IMG/VR virus record: IMGVR_UViG_3300038443_000257
Location: 23,496 to 87,495 of that record
Direction: 5' to 3' (one strand)
Length of the DNA stretch: 64,000 nucleotides
Source of the DNA: a virus
Taxonomy: Duplodnaviria > Caudoviricetes
Shown here: one piece after another, positions 18,348-27,292 of the stretch
Layout of the letters: each line of letters starts with the position of its first letter
Position numbering within the stretch: position 1 is the first letter of the stretch
Translations under genes and position numbers: made by a program
The notes under the pieces: model-generated
Told to the model about the DNA's origin: nothing
Database searches by the model: none
Seen by the model: only the letters and a program-made list of their open reading frames with translations

Positions 18348-18545
18348 ATGCCTAAGCAAGTGTGGCAAACTGAAGATGGAAATATCTTTCAAAGTGAGCA
18401 AGAGGCTGTAAACTGGGAAGACCACGTCAAGCACGTGGACGATATTGCGCAATACTTATACAACTCTACAGTCGGACTTTACGTTAATGATTGTAACGAA
18501 GCTGCTAGGGTGCTTTTAGAAAAATACACGGTAACACTAAAATGA
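18348..18545 (+). CDS. hypothetical protein
   Basis: MPKQVWQTEDGNIFQSEQEA...; GGAG RBS. Confidence 0.65.
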   Translation: MPKQVWQTEDGNIFQSEQEAVNWEDHVKHVDDIAQYLYNSTVGLYVNDCNEAARVLLEKYTVTLK

Positions 18546-18608
18546 ATGAGCTAGCCTACAAATGGATGCTCATCAAAATTGACTTAATTCTTATGTGGGA
18601 GGACATTC

Positions 18609-18872
18609 TTGAGTTATTCCGATCAAAGTAAACAGTTTTCTCCGAGTTTCTTCACTCGTAAAATCGTTTTACGTGGAGTTGAACTCGAAGTAGAATTCAG
18701 GTTCTACCAAGCCATTCCTTCAACGGCAGATGAGCCTGAATCCCCAGAGGAAGTGATTATCGAAGCAGTGTATGTCGATGATATTGAAATCAGCAATCTT
18801 ATTGGCACGAAAGCTTGGGATGAGATTGAAGCTGAAATTTTGAAACTTTATGATAGTAAGGAGGAAGTATGA
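18609..18872 (+). CDS. hypothetical protein
   Basis: 87-aa acidic ORF, GGAGG RBS. Confidence 0.65.
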   Translation: MSYSDQSKQFSPSFFTRKIVLRGVELEVEFRFYQAIPSTADEPESPEEVIIEAVYVDDIEISNLIGTKAWDEIEAEILKLYDSKEEV

Positions 18873-19186
18873 AAGTTGATGTGCTGAAGAAATCCAAGGA
18901 TGAGTCGCTTACGACACTTGTAGGCCAAGTTTTGTTGGTTCTTGGCTCCAGTGTTTACAAAGCTTGGGTGGTAACTGTTTTGTGGGCATGGTTTGTTGTA
19001 TCAATCTTCGGTGCACCTCCGCTCGGGATTGCCGCTGCAATGGGATTGACGCTGTTGGCACGATTTATGGGTGTTCCTAGCGTTGATTTCAAGGTGCTTG
19101 ACACTGTTGGAGAGTATGTTGCTGCATCCGTAATCCTGTCTACGGTTGTTCTGGCTGCTGGATATATTGTGCATATTTGTGTGTGA
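18869..19186 (+). CDS. membrane protein
   Basis: Several hydrophobic helices; coupled. Confidence 0.7.
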   Translation: MKVDVLKKSKDESLTTLVGQVLLVLGSSVYKAWVVTVLWAWFVVSIFGAPPLGIAAAMGLTLLARFMGVPSVDFKVLDTVGEYVAASVILSTVVLAAGYIVHICV

Positions 19187-19195
19187 GGTGGAATA

Positions 19196-19405
19196 ATGCT
19201 ATTGATCTATTTGTTGTTTTCAATGTTCTGTGTATTTACATACTGTCTCGCAAGTAAGAAGGTTGATGAACAAGATGTTACTATCGGTCTGATGGCTGGT
19301 TATGTCATCCTGAGCTTAATTCCTATTTTGAATATCGTGTCAGTTTTGTATTGTTTGTTCTACACTGCACACCACACGGGGTTCTGGAATAAAAAGTTGT
19401 TCTGA
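19196..19405 (+). CDS. small membrane protein
   Basis: Two hydrophobic segments (LSLIPILN). Confidence 0.65.
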   Translation: MLLIYLLFSMFCVFTYCLASKKVDEQDVTIGLMAGYVILSLIPILNIVSVLYCLFYTAHHTGFWNKKLF

Positions 19406-19408
19406 TGC

Positions 19409-19470
19409 GTCCTGCATTCTCAGGACAAAGCCTGCGCTGGCTCTAGCGCTTAAGAGTGTGCTTGCGCACA
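19409..19470 (+). promoter_or_regulatory. structured mRNA leader with H-type pseudoknot upstream of the probable SSB gene
   Basis: GTCCTG/CAGGAC hairpin; GCGCT/AGCGC stem whose loop GCTCT can pair with downstream AGAGT; then an AU-rich linker to the RBS. Confidence 0.5.
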
Positions 19471-19498
19471 ACAATTTACTCTAAAGGAAATATAATTT

Positions 19499-20542
19499 AT
19501 GAAACCACGCAATATCAACGCTCCTGCACGTAACGAGAACACTGAGCAGAAAGCATTCGTGCCGATCATCCCTGAAGAGGGTTTGGTTCCTGTTCAAGTA
19601 GGTCTGCTGGTCGACCTCGGAAGCCATAAGAAGCTGCCGAAGTTTGCTAAAGATAGTGCAGGCAAGCGTGAGCAAGATAAGGTGACGGGAGAGGATAAAA
19701 TCCTGTGGCCTAAAGCTGACGCTGTTGAGCAAAAGATTGCCTGCTACATCGACCTGTTGGACCAGACTCATGATTACGAAGGTGACATTGGTGTGAAGAA
19801 CATTCGCCTGCCGCTGCACGCTGTCACGCGCGGTATGTCGGAAGGTCTGAACTTCACCACTGTTGCGCCTCGCGATCCTGATGGCAATTACATCAAAGGT
19901 CGTCCGTGGATTCTGGCGAGTACGTCCAACTTCTACAAGATCGCTGGCGTGACCAAGTATGAAGATGGTACGAAAGTCAGTGATGTTATCTTTAAGCCGG
20001 ACTACAAGAATCCTAAGCTGAATGACATCTCGCAACTGCTGGCCAAGCCGTTCATGTTCAATCTGGAAGTGAAGGTGCAAGAGAAGGATGACAAGAAGTT
20101 TGTCAACACCAAGCTGAAGTCGCCCGTCCCACTCGGTAAGAACATGAAGGTTGATCCTGCGTTGATGCCTGCTGTATCTGTTGGCTTCGAAGACGAAGAT
20201 CTTCTTGAAGAAAAGGAAGAATTTGGTGGCATTGCTAAGATTGACCTGCTCCGTATTGCAGATATTCGCAAAATTGTCCTTGCTGAAGAGTATGTTGGCA
20301 GTAAGATGCAAGAAGCAATCGTAGAACGCAATGGTGAAGATGGTGAAAAAGAGATCATTGCAAAGGCTAAAGAGATTATGCAGAAGGTTGTCGAAAACGA
20401 CCGTGAACTGCAAGAAATTTTTGCTAAGTTCCCTAACGGTCCTGTTGGTAAAGAGGTTGCACATGATGCAGTGGTAGCTCAGCCAAAAACTCCGAGTAAA
20501 CCTGCGCCTAACTTTGATGATCTGGAAGATACGCCTTTCTAG
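19499..20542 (+). CDS. putative single-stranded DNA-binding protein
   Basis: Lies in the replication module; codon use looks like a highly expressed gene; acidic aromatic C-terminus NFDDLEDTPF typical of SSBs. Confidence 0.55.
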   Translation: MKPRNINAPARNENTEQKAFVPIIPEEGLVPVQVGLLVDLGSHKKLPKFAKDSAGKREQDKVTGEDKILWPKADAVEQKIACYIDLLDQTHDYEGDIGVKNIRLPLHAVTRGMSEGLNFTTVAPRDPDGNYIKGRPWILASTSNFYKIAGVTKYEDGTKVSDVIFKPDYKNPKLNDISQLLAKPFMFNLEVKVQEKDDKKFVNTKLKSPVPLGKNMKVDPALMPAVSVGFEDEDLLEEKEEFGGIAKIDLLRIADIRKIVLAEEYVGSKMQEAIVERNGEDGEKEIIAKAKEIMQKVVENDRELQEIFAKFPNGPVGKEVAHDAVVAQPKTPSKPAPNFDDLEDTPF

Positions 20543-20549
20543 GATGTAG

Positions 20550-21083
20550 ATGGAGACGCTAGTAAATAAGACGTGCTTTAAGTGCGGGGAGATTAAACCT
20601 CTCTCCGACTACTATAAGCATCCAGAGATGGCTGATGGTCACGTCAACAAATGTAAAGAGTGTAACAAGCTCGATGTTCGCACAAACCGTAAGAAGCGTG
20701 AAGAGTATTACAACGCCTATGATAGATTGCGCAGCACAGAACCCGAACGCAAGCAGCAAAAGAAGTTGAGGGAATCCAAACCTGAAGTTAGGGCAAAGAT
20801 TGCTGAATACAGAAAAAGTTACACTTACGACAAAGAGAGGAAAGCTGCGACCACAGCAGTTAACAATGCAGTTCGGGATGGCAAATTGACCAAGCTGCCC
20901 TGCTGGGTTTGCGGCACGACAGAAAATGTCGAAGGGCATCATGTTCATTACGACATGCCGCTTGATGTGATTTGGCTGTGTACTAAGCATCATGCGGAAG
21001 TGCACCGTGATTACGACCACGAGCAAGATCGTTTGACACTAAAAGCAACAGAGAAAGGTAGTCGTTGGAAGCAAGACGACTAA
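20550..21083 (+). CDS. Zn-finger HNH endonuclease
   Basis: KTCFKC...KCKEC; CWVCG...EGHHVHYDMPLDVIWLCTKHHAEVH. Confidence 0.75.
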   Translation: METLVNKTCFKCGEIKPLSDYYKHPEMADGHVNKCKECNKLDVRTNRKKREEYYNAYDRLRSTEPERKQQKKLRESKPEVRAKIAEYRKSYTYDKERKAATTAVNNAVRDGKLTKLPCWVCGTTENVEGHHVHYDMPLDVIWLCTKHHAEVHRDYDHEQDRLTLKATEKGSRWKQDD

Positions 21084-21088
21084 CACAA

Positions 21089-21120
21089 GCCCTGCTCCGA
21101 CAGGAGTGGGGCATTTTTAT
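21089..21120 (+). terminator. intrinsic terminator
   Basis: GCCCTGCTCC-GACA-GGAGTGGGGC followed by ATTTTT. Confidence 0.75.
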
Positions 21121-21134
21121 TAAGGAGAGTCTTA

Positions 21135-21902
21135 ATGCAGCATGCGAAAGAATTGCAACAAATCAAACAGGCAGCATCTCATTTCATGCCGAAAGGTGCT
21201 TTTATTGCAGGAGGAGCACTGACATCTGCTTTCACAGGCCAACCGATCAATGATGTAGATTTCTATTTCAAAACCAAAGAAGATTTCATCAATGCCGTGG
21301 CAGATGCATATGATGAGAGTCTGTGGTGTGTCTCTGCAACAGACCGTGCTGTGACGTTTGTATATAAAGACAATGTTATCCAACTTATGCATTTTGATTT
21401 CTTCCCTACTGCTGAAGCTGTGTTCGGTGCATTCGACTACACTGCTGTGATGGGGGCATACGACATTGACAAAGAAGATTTTGTGTTTCACGAAGACTTC
21501 TTCAAACACAATTCGCAACGCTTCCTACGATTCCACAGCGGCACGCGATACCCCTATGGCTCGTTGATGCGTGTGCTCAAGTATCAAGACCGAGGCTATA
21601 AGATTGGTAAAAGTGATCTGCTTCGTATTGGTCTTGCTTGCCAGAAGGTTGAACTCAACTCGTGGGATGATCTGGCTAAAGCGATTGGTGGACAGTACGG
21701 CGAGAAGGCTGCTATTGAGACAGATAAAGAATTCTCCCTCGACAATGCACTTGATCTGTTCAAAGATGCTGAGATCACTACGCCAGAGGCTGCTAAGTCC
21801 ATGCCTGACAATGCGTATGAATTGTTGAAGAGTGTTGGTATCGAACACGAAGAGTGGAAGAACGAAGAGAAGCCGTTTGGACCTAAGAGCTATTGGGGTT
21901 GA
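21135..21902 (+). CDS. nucleotidyltransferase, poly(A) polymerase/CCA-enzyme head-like
   Basis: FIAGGALTS...INDVDFYF; FDY; RVLKYQDRGY. Confidence 0.7.
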   Translation: MQHAKELQQIKQAASHFMPKGAFIAGGALTSAFTGQPINDVDFYFKTKEDFINAVADAYDESLWCVSATDRAVTFVYKDNVIQLMHFDFFPTAEAVFGAFDYTAVMGAYDIDKEDFVFHEDFFKHNSQRFLRFHSGTRYPYGSLMRVLKYQDRGYKIGKSDLLRIGLACQKVELNSWDDLAKAIGGQYGEKAAIETDKEFSLDNALDLFKDAEITTPEAAKSMPDNAYELLKSVGIEHEEWKNEEKPFGPKSYWG

Positions 21903-21903
21903 T

Positions 21904-22860
21904 ATGACAGAACGACTAGCCGTTGTGGACGGCGATCTGCTCGCGTACCGTTGTGCAGCCGCCACGGAGAAGCGAAGTGTAATCGCAACACACAAAGAAA
22001 ATCTTACAGAGCTTGAGTTCGACACTGTTACACTATTCAAGGAATGGGCAGGCAGCGAAGCTGGGGATTACGATCTTAAGCCTGTACAAACGCCTGAACC
22101 AATTGCCAACACCATCTATGCAATGAAGCAAATGCTTAAGATGATTTTGGATAAGACTAAATGTACCGCTTATCACATCGTTGTATCAGGCCTGAGTGAT
22201 GGCAACTTTAGGAAGCATCTGCCCTTACCTACACAGTACAAAGATAATCGGACTAACATTTCTAAGCCAATTAATCTTGAAGAGGCTAAGCAGTACCTTG
22301 TCGATAAGCACAATGCTGAGGTGGCTGTAGGTGAAGCAGATGATCTGATTGCAGCTTATAAATACCAAGGCTATCGCAAGAAAGAATACGTTGTATCCGT
22401 AACAATCGACAAGGACGATAATGCCACTCCGGGTTGGCAATTTAATTGGTTGCATATGGAGGAGCCTGAGTTTGTAGATGGGTTTGGTAAGCTGTACTTG
22501 AATGACAAGGAAGAAGTGAAGGGATACGGCAGGGTGTTTGCCTATTTCCAAATGCTGTTCGGTGATCCAGCAGATTGCTATAAGCCGTCCGAGATTGCTA
22601 AGAAAAAGTTTGGCGAGAAGGGTGCGTATAAGCTTCTTAAGGATTGCGAGACGGACAAAGAGGCTGTGCAAGCTGTTGTAAATCAGTACAAAAAATGGTA
22701 TCCTGAAGAAATCTATTACACAGCATGGGACGGTTCACGACACAAGGCAGATTGGCTTACCATCTGGCAGATGTACGCAGATTGTGTGCACATGCGTAGG
22801 TGGGAAGGTGACAGGCTGGATGTGAAGAAACTCTGTGAAAAATTGGAGATTGAACTATGA
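21904..22860 (+). CDS. 5'-3' exonuclease (T7 gp6/T5 D15-like flap nuclease)
   Basis: VVDGDLLAY, NFR, YKDNR, EADD, DKD, GDPAD. Confidence 0.85.
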   Translation: MTERLAVVDGDLLAYRCAAATEKRSVIATHKENLTELEFDTVTLFKEWAGSEAGDYDLKPVQTPEPIANTIYAMKQMLKMILDKTKCTAYHIVVSGLSDGNFRKHLPLPTQYKDNRTNISKPINLEEAKQYLVDKHNAEVAVGEADDLIAAYKYQGYRKKEYVVSVTIDKDDNATPGWQFNWLHMEEPEFVDGFGKLYLNDKEEVKGYGRVFAYFQMLFGDPADCYKPSEIAKKKFGEKGAYKLLKDCETDKEAVQAVVNQYKKWYPEEIYYTAWDGSRHKADWLTIWQMYADCVHMRRWEGDRLDVKKLCEKLEIEL

Positions 22861-23072
22861 ACAAGAAAATTACTATCGTAACAAACGAAGACGATTGGGA
22901 AGGTTTGTACATTGACGGAAAGATCGCTGTGCAAGACCATAAGCTTAGAGTAGAAGATGTACTCGATGCACTTGGAATCTGCGCGGAGAGTGTTACGTGC
23001 GACTACGATTGGCTTTTCGACCAAGGATATCTGCCTAGCGACCTCAAAGATGTGGTGGTGCAAGATGACTGA
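22857..23072 (+). CDS. hypothetical protein
   Basis: 71 aa, DDWEGLYIDG motif, coupled. Confidence 0.7.
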   Translation: MNKKITIVTNEDDWEGLYIDGKIAVQDHKLRVEDVLDALGICAESVTCDYDWLFDQGYLPSDLKDVVVQDD

Positions 23073-23262
23073 GCAAAAATCTTTCCCAGTGCGATATATG
23101 GCAATTCACACGTGGTATGGTTGGAAGGTGATCGATACACTGTCATCAAGACCGCGAGTTGTGCGCAGATTTTTAGGTGGCTTTAGTGGCCTTAAGATTC
23201 TTGACGTGTACAACTATGTCCGCAACAAGAACGAAGCGGAGGGATATGTCTACAAGCCGTAA
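23065..23262 (+). CDS. hypothetical protein
   Basis: MTEQKSFPVRY...; overlaps both neighbours. Confidence 0.55.
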   Translation: MTEQKSFPVRYMAIHTWYGWKVIDTLSSRPRVVRRFLGGFSGLKILDVYNYVRNKNEAEGYVYKP

Positions 23263-24136
23263 AGATATCCATACATTTTTATATTGGATTCACGACATTA
23301 AACATTCCGACATCTATTCTGAAGGCTATGTCGGCATCACATCTGTGAGTGTACCAGTTAGGTTTAAGCAACATGTTTCTTGGGCGAAAGCTGGCACCTA
23401 TAGTGAAGATTTCGCTAAGGCACTCCTGCAATCTCAATCACTGATGTACGAGACAATAATGGTAGGAACACGTGAAGAGATGCTAGAGGCAGAGAACCAC
23501 TTCAGACCTGAGCCTTACATCGGCTGGAACAGGGCATCAGGTGGTGAAGGTGGATGTGTGATTAAACATGGACTCACCGGACACCCCATCAAGCCGATCT
23601 ACTACAACATGTTTACAAGGGCAGCGCATCACGGAGTGTCTGTCGCTGATGAATGGTGTGGAGAGGGAGGTCTTGAAAGGTTTTACAAAGATATGGGAGA
23701 TTGCCCTAAAGGCTACAATCTCACGCGCTACGATCTTAATGGGGGTTACGGTCCGGGTCTGTGTATGTGGGAGTCTAGGAAGGATTTCTTGAATCGGATA
23801 AGTAGAGCCAGCGACATTGAATATAACGGCGAGAAATATAATTATGTTGTACTGGCAGAAAAACTCGGAGTCAAGCCGAACACTCTTCAATATAGAATTA
23901 TCCGAGGTTGGACCGTCGAGGAAGCTGTGGTAGGTAAGCGAGAGGGGCGGAAAATATTGACTCTTGATGCCACAGAAATTCCTTATAGCGGAGCCCTCTC
24001 AGACCAAGCTATACGAGAAATGGTGTGGCTGAGGTTGGAGGGATTAGGTATTGTAAAAATAGGAGAAATCATAGGAATTGACAGCAGCCAAGTTAGTCGT
24101 CTATGTGCTAAAATGGGAGTTAAGATTGAAAAATAA
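23246..24136 (+). CDS. chimeric homing endonuclease (GIY-YIG + degenerate HNH-like + HTH domains)
   Basis: LYWIH...EGYVGIT...RFKQH...E...GWN; then KHGL...FYKDMG..P....LTRYDLNGGYGPGLCMWE; LAEKLGVKPNTLQYRIIRGW. Confidence 0.7.
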   Translation: MSTSRKDIHTFLYWIHDIKHSDIYSEGYVGITSVSVPVRFKQHVSWAKAGTYSEDFAKALLQSQSLMYETIMVGTREEMLEAENHFRPEPYIGWNRASGGEGGCVIKHGLTGHPIKPIYYNMFTRAAHHGVSVADEWCGEGGLERFYKDMGDCPKGYNLTRYDLNGGYGPGLCMWESRKDFLNRISRASDIEYNGEKYNYVVLAEKLGVKPNTLQYRIIRGWTVEEAVVGKREGRKILTLDATEIPYSGALSDQAIREMVWLRLEGLGIVKIGEIIGIDSSQVSRLCAKMGVKIEK

Positions 24137-24659
24137 AAATCTTACTCGGTGCAGCCAAACTATGACCGAATCTCAGTATCTAGCCTTCATTCGTTCAGCA
24201 CTCCGCTCCAAATGGTTGAGATGGAAACCTCGCTCGGACGCATTTTTGGCGGCACGCAGAAAATCTGAAAGCGATAATAAAAAGTTGAAATGGGAGTTTC
24301 AATGCAGCCTGTGCTCTCAATGGTTTTGCCAAAAAGACTGTGAATGCGATCATTACCCGAAAGATGCAGGTAGTATTCTTAGTGTGCAAGACATCGGGCA
24401 GTTTTGCGAGAATCTTTTTTGTGAAACTGATAATTTACGTATCTGCTGCAAGCCTTGTCACTCTGCTTGGACTTATGCCTCTGCTAACGGAATCAGCGTA
24501 GATGAAGCGAAATTGCAAAAAGAAGTCATTGCCATCTGTAAGAAGTCTGTGAAGGATGTAAAGCAATTTTGCTACGATTACGGCTACACAGATGCTCATC
24601 TTAGCAATCCTGACAAGCGCCGCAGTGTAGTAGAGGAAATTCTTCGCAGTGTAAAATAA
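24126..24659 (+). CDS. HNH-type endonuclease
   Basis: FIRSALR...FQCSLC...ECDH...NLRICCKPCH. Confidence 0.7.
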   Translation: MKNKNLTRCSQTMTESQYLAFIRSALRSKWLRWKPRSDAFLAARRKSESDNKKLKWEFQCSLCSQWFCQKDCECDHYPKDAGSILSVQDIGQFCENLFCETDNLRICCKPCHSAWTYASANGISVDEAKLQKEVIAICKKSVKDVKQFCYDYGYTDAHLSNPDKRRSVVEEILRSVK

Positions 24660-24662
24660 CCC

Positions 24663-24691
24663 TTGCGCATATGCAAGAACAAGAGTAAAAT
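24663..24691 (+). promoter_or_regulatory. sigma70-like promoter
   Basis: TTGCGC-17-TAAAAT in an intergenic gap. Confidence 0.45.
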
Positions 24692-24721
24692 ACGTTTGTT
24701 GTGCAATCTTAAGGAGAACAA

Positions 24722-24901
24722 ATGAAATACGAATTCTATGTAGAGGATGAGGGAGACTGGTACGGTGTGTTCTTGGAGGGTGCAAGTTACATCTGTGTAC
24801 AACAGGACGTGGCACAACCGTTTGCAACTGCGTACCCTTGCAATAATGATCCTGAGAATTGGATCAACTTTGTACAACGATATCCGACTAAGGAGAAATG
24901 A
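24722..24901 (+). CDS. small hypothetical protein (59 aa)
   Basis: Hand translation MKYEFYVEDEGDWYGVF...YPTKEK; AAGGAG RBS; ATGA overlap. Confidence 0.65.
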   Translation: MKYEFYVEDEGDWYGVFLEGASYICVQQDVAQPFATAYPCNNDPENWINFVQRYPTKEK

Positions 24902-25509
24902 TGAAACAGCTTCCAGACAAATTTCAAATGCGTACTTACGGTTTTCCCGGATTCACTCACACTGTAAAGCTCAACCCGCATGGTGACTACGAAGTGACGT
25001 GGGCACGAGGGTTTGATCGCAAGAGCTATTCGATGGGCAAAATGCTGCCGAATGTTGTGTTTACGGAAGAAGAGGTGCGGAAAAACGTAGCGGGTTGCTT
25101 GTGGTATGTTGTGGAGGACACACCGGCGCAAAAGGAAATGAGTGCTAGTATGCCTGATGAGTTCATTGCGAGCAATACATTCAGTCGTAGTAGTTGGTCC
25201 ATGAAGAAAGACGGCGCCACTTGGCGTGCATACTGCTTAGAAGGCGGGACACTTCTCTCAATTAATTATTACAGCGAAGATGATGTTCGCAACTACATTA
25301 AAAAAGGCACTTGGACGATTCAAGAGCGGGTCGCACTCACAGCCGAACAGCAACGCGCTCTGAAAGAGTTCAAAGAACAAGTCGCACAACTCGACCAATC
25401 TATCAAGCTGAATGAACAGGACATCGCTCACAAGGAACATCTCATTGGAAACTATCGTCAACGTCAAGATGATCTTCGCAAGAAGATTGAAGAACTGGAG
25501 GGCAAATGA
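24898..25509 (+). CDS. hypothetical protein with duplicated small domain and C-terminal coiled coil
   Basis: LPDKF...EEVRKNVAGCLW and MPDEF...DDVRNYIKKGTW internal repeat. Confidence 0.7.
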   Translation: MMKQLPDKFQMRTYGFPGFTHTVKLNPHGDYEVTWARGFDRKSYSMGKMLPNVVFTEEEVRKNVAGCLWYVVEDTPAQKEMSASMPDEFIASNTFSRSSWSMKKDGATWRAYCLEGGTLLSINYYSEDDVRNYIKKGTWTIQERVALTAEQQRALKEFKEQVAQLDQSIKLNEQDIAHKEHLIGNYRQRQDDLRKKIEELEGK

Positions 25510-26456
25510 ATATTGCAGATAAAGATTGGGCAGTGGAAGCCGTACGACTTGCCAATGAGCATCCTGATATGTCGTGGCGTGAAATCTCTCGCCGGATCGG
25601 TGTTGCGAAGTCTACTGTGTCGGACAACCTGCGCAAGTACTTCAAGTTCCGCGAAACTGAAGTGGAAGCTGTAGAAGGTGTTGTTCCAAAGGGTGCTAAG
25701 ATTCTTCTGCTTGATATCGAGTGTGCCCCTACTACAGCATATGTGTGGGGCCGTTGGGATAACAATGTTAGCCAGAAGCAAGTTGTACACGAGGGTTATC
25801 TGCTGACGTATTCTGCCAAGTGGCTTGGTGAGCCAACTATTGTGTCGAATCGAATCTACGAAGCTCGCAACGATGAAGTGCTTGTACGAGAGCTTGCAGA
25901 CCTGATGAGCCAAGCGGACCTGTGCGTGGCACACAATGCGCAGAAGTTCGACATTCCACTCATCAAGACTCGCATGGTTGCTCTTGGGATGACGCCTCCT
26001 GCATCTAGTAAGATTGTAGATACGCTTCGGATTGCTAAGGCCGAGTTCCGCTTCCCAAGCAACAGTCTTGACAGTATTGCAGCATATCTTGGCCTGCAAC
26101 GTAAAGCAAGCCATAGCGGCTTTGAACTGTGGACTCGCTGCATGGCTATGGACGATGAGGCATTTGACGAGATGCTTGAATATAACATTCAGGACGTCGT
26201 AGTGCTGGAGGAAGTGTATATGCGTTTGCGCCACTGGAGTAAGACACATCCCAATGTAGCCCTGTATGAACCTGCTGGAAAGCTGCGTTGTGTTTGCTGC
26301 GGTAGTGAAAAGCTGGCGGAGATTGATAAGAAATATTACACTGCAACATCTGAGTTTATGCTGTATAATTGCCTTTCTTGTGGGAAGCAAAATCGGGGAC
26401 GTAAGAATGTCTCTGAACACAAGAGCGATAACAGTCTTACGAACGTGGGGAGGTAA
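25506..26456 (+). CDS. HTH + DnaQ/RNase H-like 3'-5' exonuclease + Zn ribbon
   Basis: SWREISRRIGVAKSTVSD; LLDIE, HNAQKFD, YNIQDV; CVCCG...CLSCG. Confidence 0.85.
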   Translation: MNIADKDWAVEAVRLANEHPDMSWREISRRIGVAKSTVSDNLRKYFKFRETEVEAVEGVVPKGAKILLLDIECAPTTAYVWGRWDNNVSQKQVVHEGYLLTYSAKWLGEPTIVSNRIYEARNDEVLVRELADLMSQADLCVAHNAQKFDIPLIKTRMVALGMTPPASSKIVDTLRIAKAEFRFPSNSLDSIAAYLGLQRKASHSGFELWTRCMAMDDEAFDEMLEYNIQDVVVLEEVYMRLRHWSKTHPNVALYEPAGKLRCVCCGSEKLAEIDKKYYTATSEFMLYNCLSCGKQNRGRKNVSEHKSDNSLTNVGR

Positions 26457-26457
26457 A

Positions 26458-26649
26458 ATGTCAACAATTGATATCCGAGATAACCCTGTAGTTACAAGAA
26501 TCAAGTTTAACGATTCTCAGGGTGTTTACATGGCAGGAAATAATTTGATGATTGAGGGCGAAAGTGTTGCTGCTAAGATTCCTAAAGCTGACGTAGAAAA
26601 TCTCATCAAAGCCTTGCAGAAAGCTGTTGAGCTTGGGTGGACGAAATGA
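26458..26649 (+). CDS. hypothetical protein
   Basis: GGAGG RBS before ATG 26458. Confidence 0.65.
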   Translation: MSTIDIRDNPVVTRIKFNDSQGVYMAGNNLMIEGESVAAKIPKADVENLIKALQKAVELGWTK

Positions 26650-26840
26650 AAACTCGTGTCTACAAATACGGCAAGTACTATTATCCTCAGTACAAAGGTT
26701 GGTTCGTTTGGCATTTCATGCACGAGGCAATGACGTTTGAAGATTGTGTGGTACATTTTGACACTGCTGAAGAAGCCATCAAGTATGTACAAGATGGTAA
26801 TTGGGCTAAATATGAAGCAGTTGTATGGGAGAGCAAATGA
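26646..26840 (+). CDS. hypothetical protein
   Basis: YYPQYKGWFVW motif; coupled. Confidence 0.65.
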   Translation: MKTRVYKYGKYYYPQYKGWFVWHFMHEAMTFEDCVVHFDTAEEAIKYVQDGNWAKYEAVVWESK

Positions 26841-27292
26841 ATATTCAAAAGCATTATGACGAAGTGTTGAAATTTAATAAGATCGGCAAGTCTTTCGACG
26901 AGCCATTTGAGGCAGTTTGTCTGTATGTAGACCTTATTAAAGAGGAGCTTGCTGAGACAATTACCGCTTTACACGCAACCGGAGACAGCGTAGAACTTCT
27001 TGACGGGGCATGTGACGTGTTTGTTGTTACATGCGGACTACTGCAAGCTATGGAGAAAGCTGGATTCAATGTGGACGAAGCACTACGTCGAGTGACTAAG
27101 AACAATAATGATAAGTTTGTTCCGTCCCTCTTCATGTCTGACTATCCGTCTGACTACTCTTTTGAAGACAACGAAGAGTACGGAGTCATTGTCATTAAAG
27201 ATAACAAGGGCAAGATTCGTAAGCCTGTTGGTTTTGAGCCCGTTACCTTAGATGATCTTGTGCCCGATAATTTCTTCGGGGGTGAAGCGTGA
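26837..27292 (+). CDS. MazG-like nucleoside triphosphate pyrophosphohydrolase
   Basis: LIKEELAE...ELLDGACD...V..NNNDK...GKIRKP. Confidence 0.8.
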   Translation: MNIQKHYDEVLKFNKIGKSFDEPFEAVCLYVDLIKEELAETITALHATGDSVELLDGACDVFVVTCGLLQAMEKAGFNVDEALRRVTKNNNDKFVPSLFMSDYPSDYSFEDNEEYGVIVIKDNKGKIRKPVGFEPVTLDDLVPDNFFGGEA

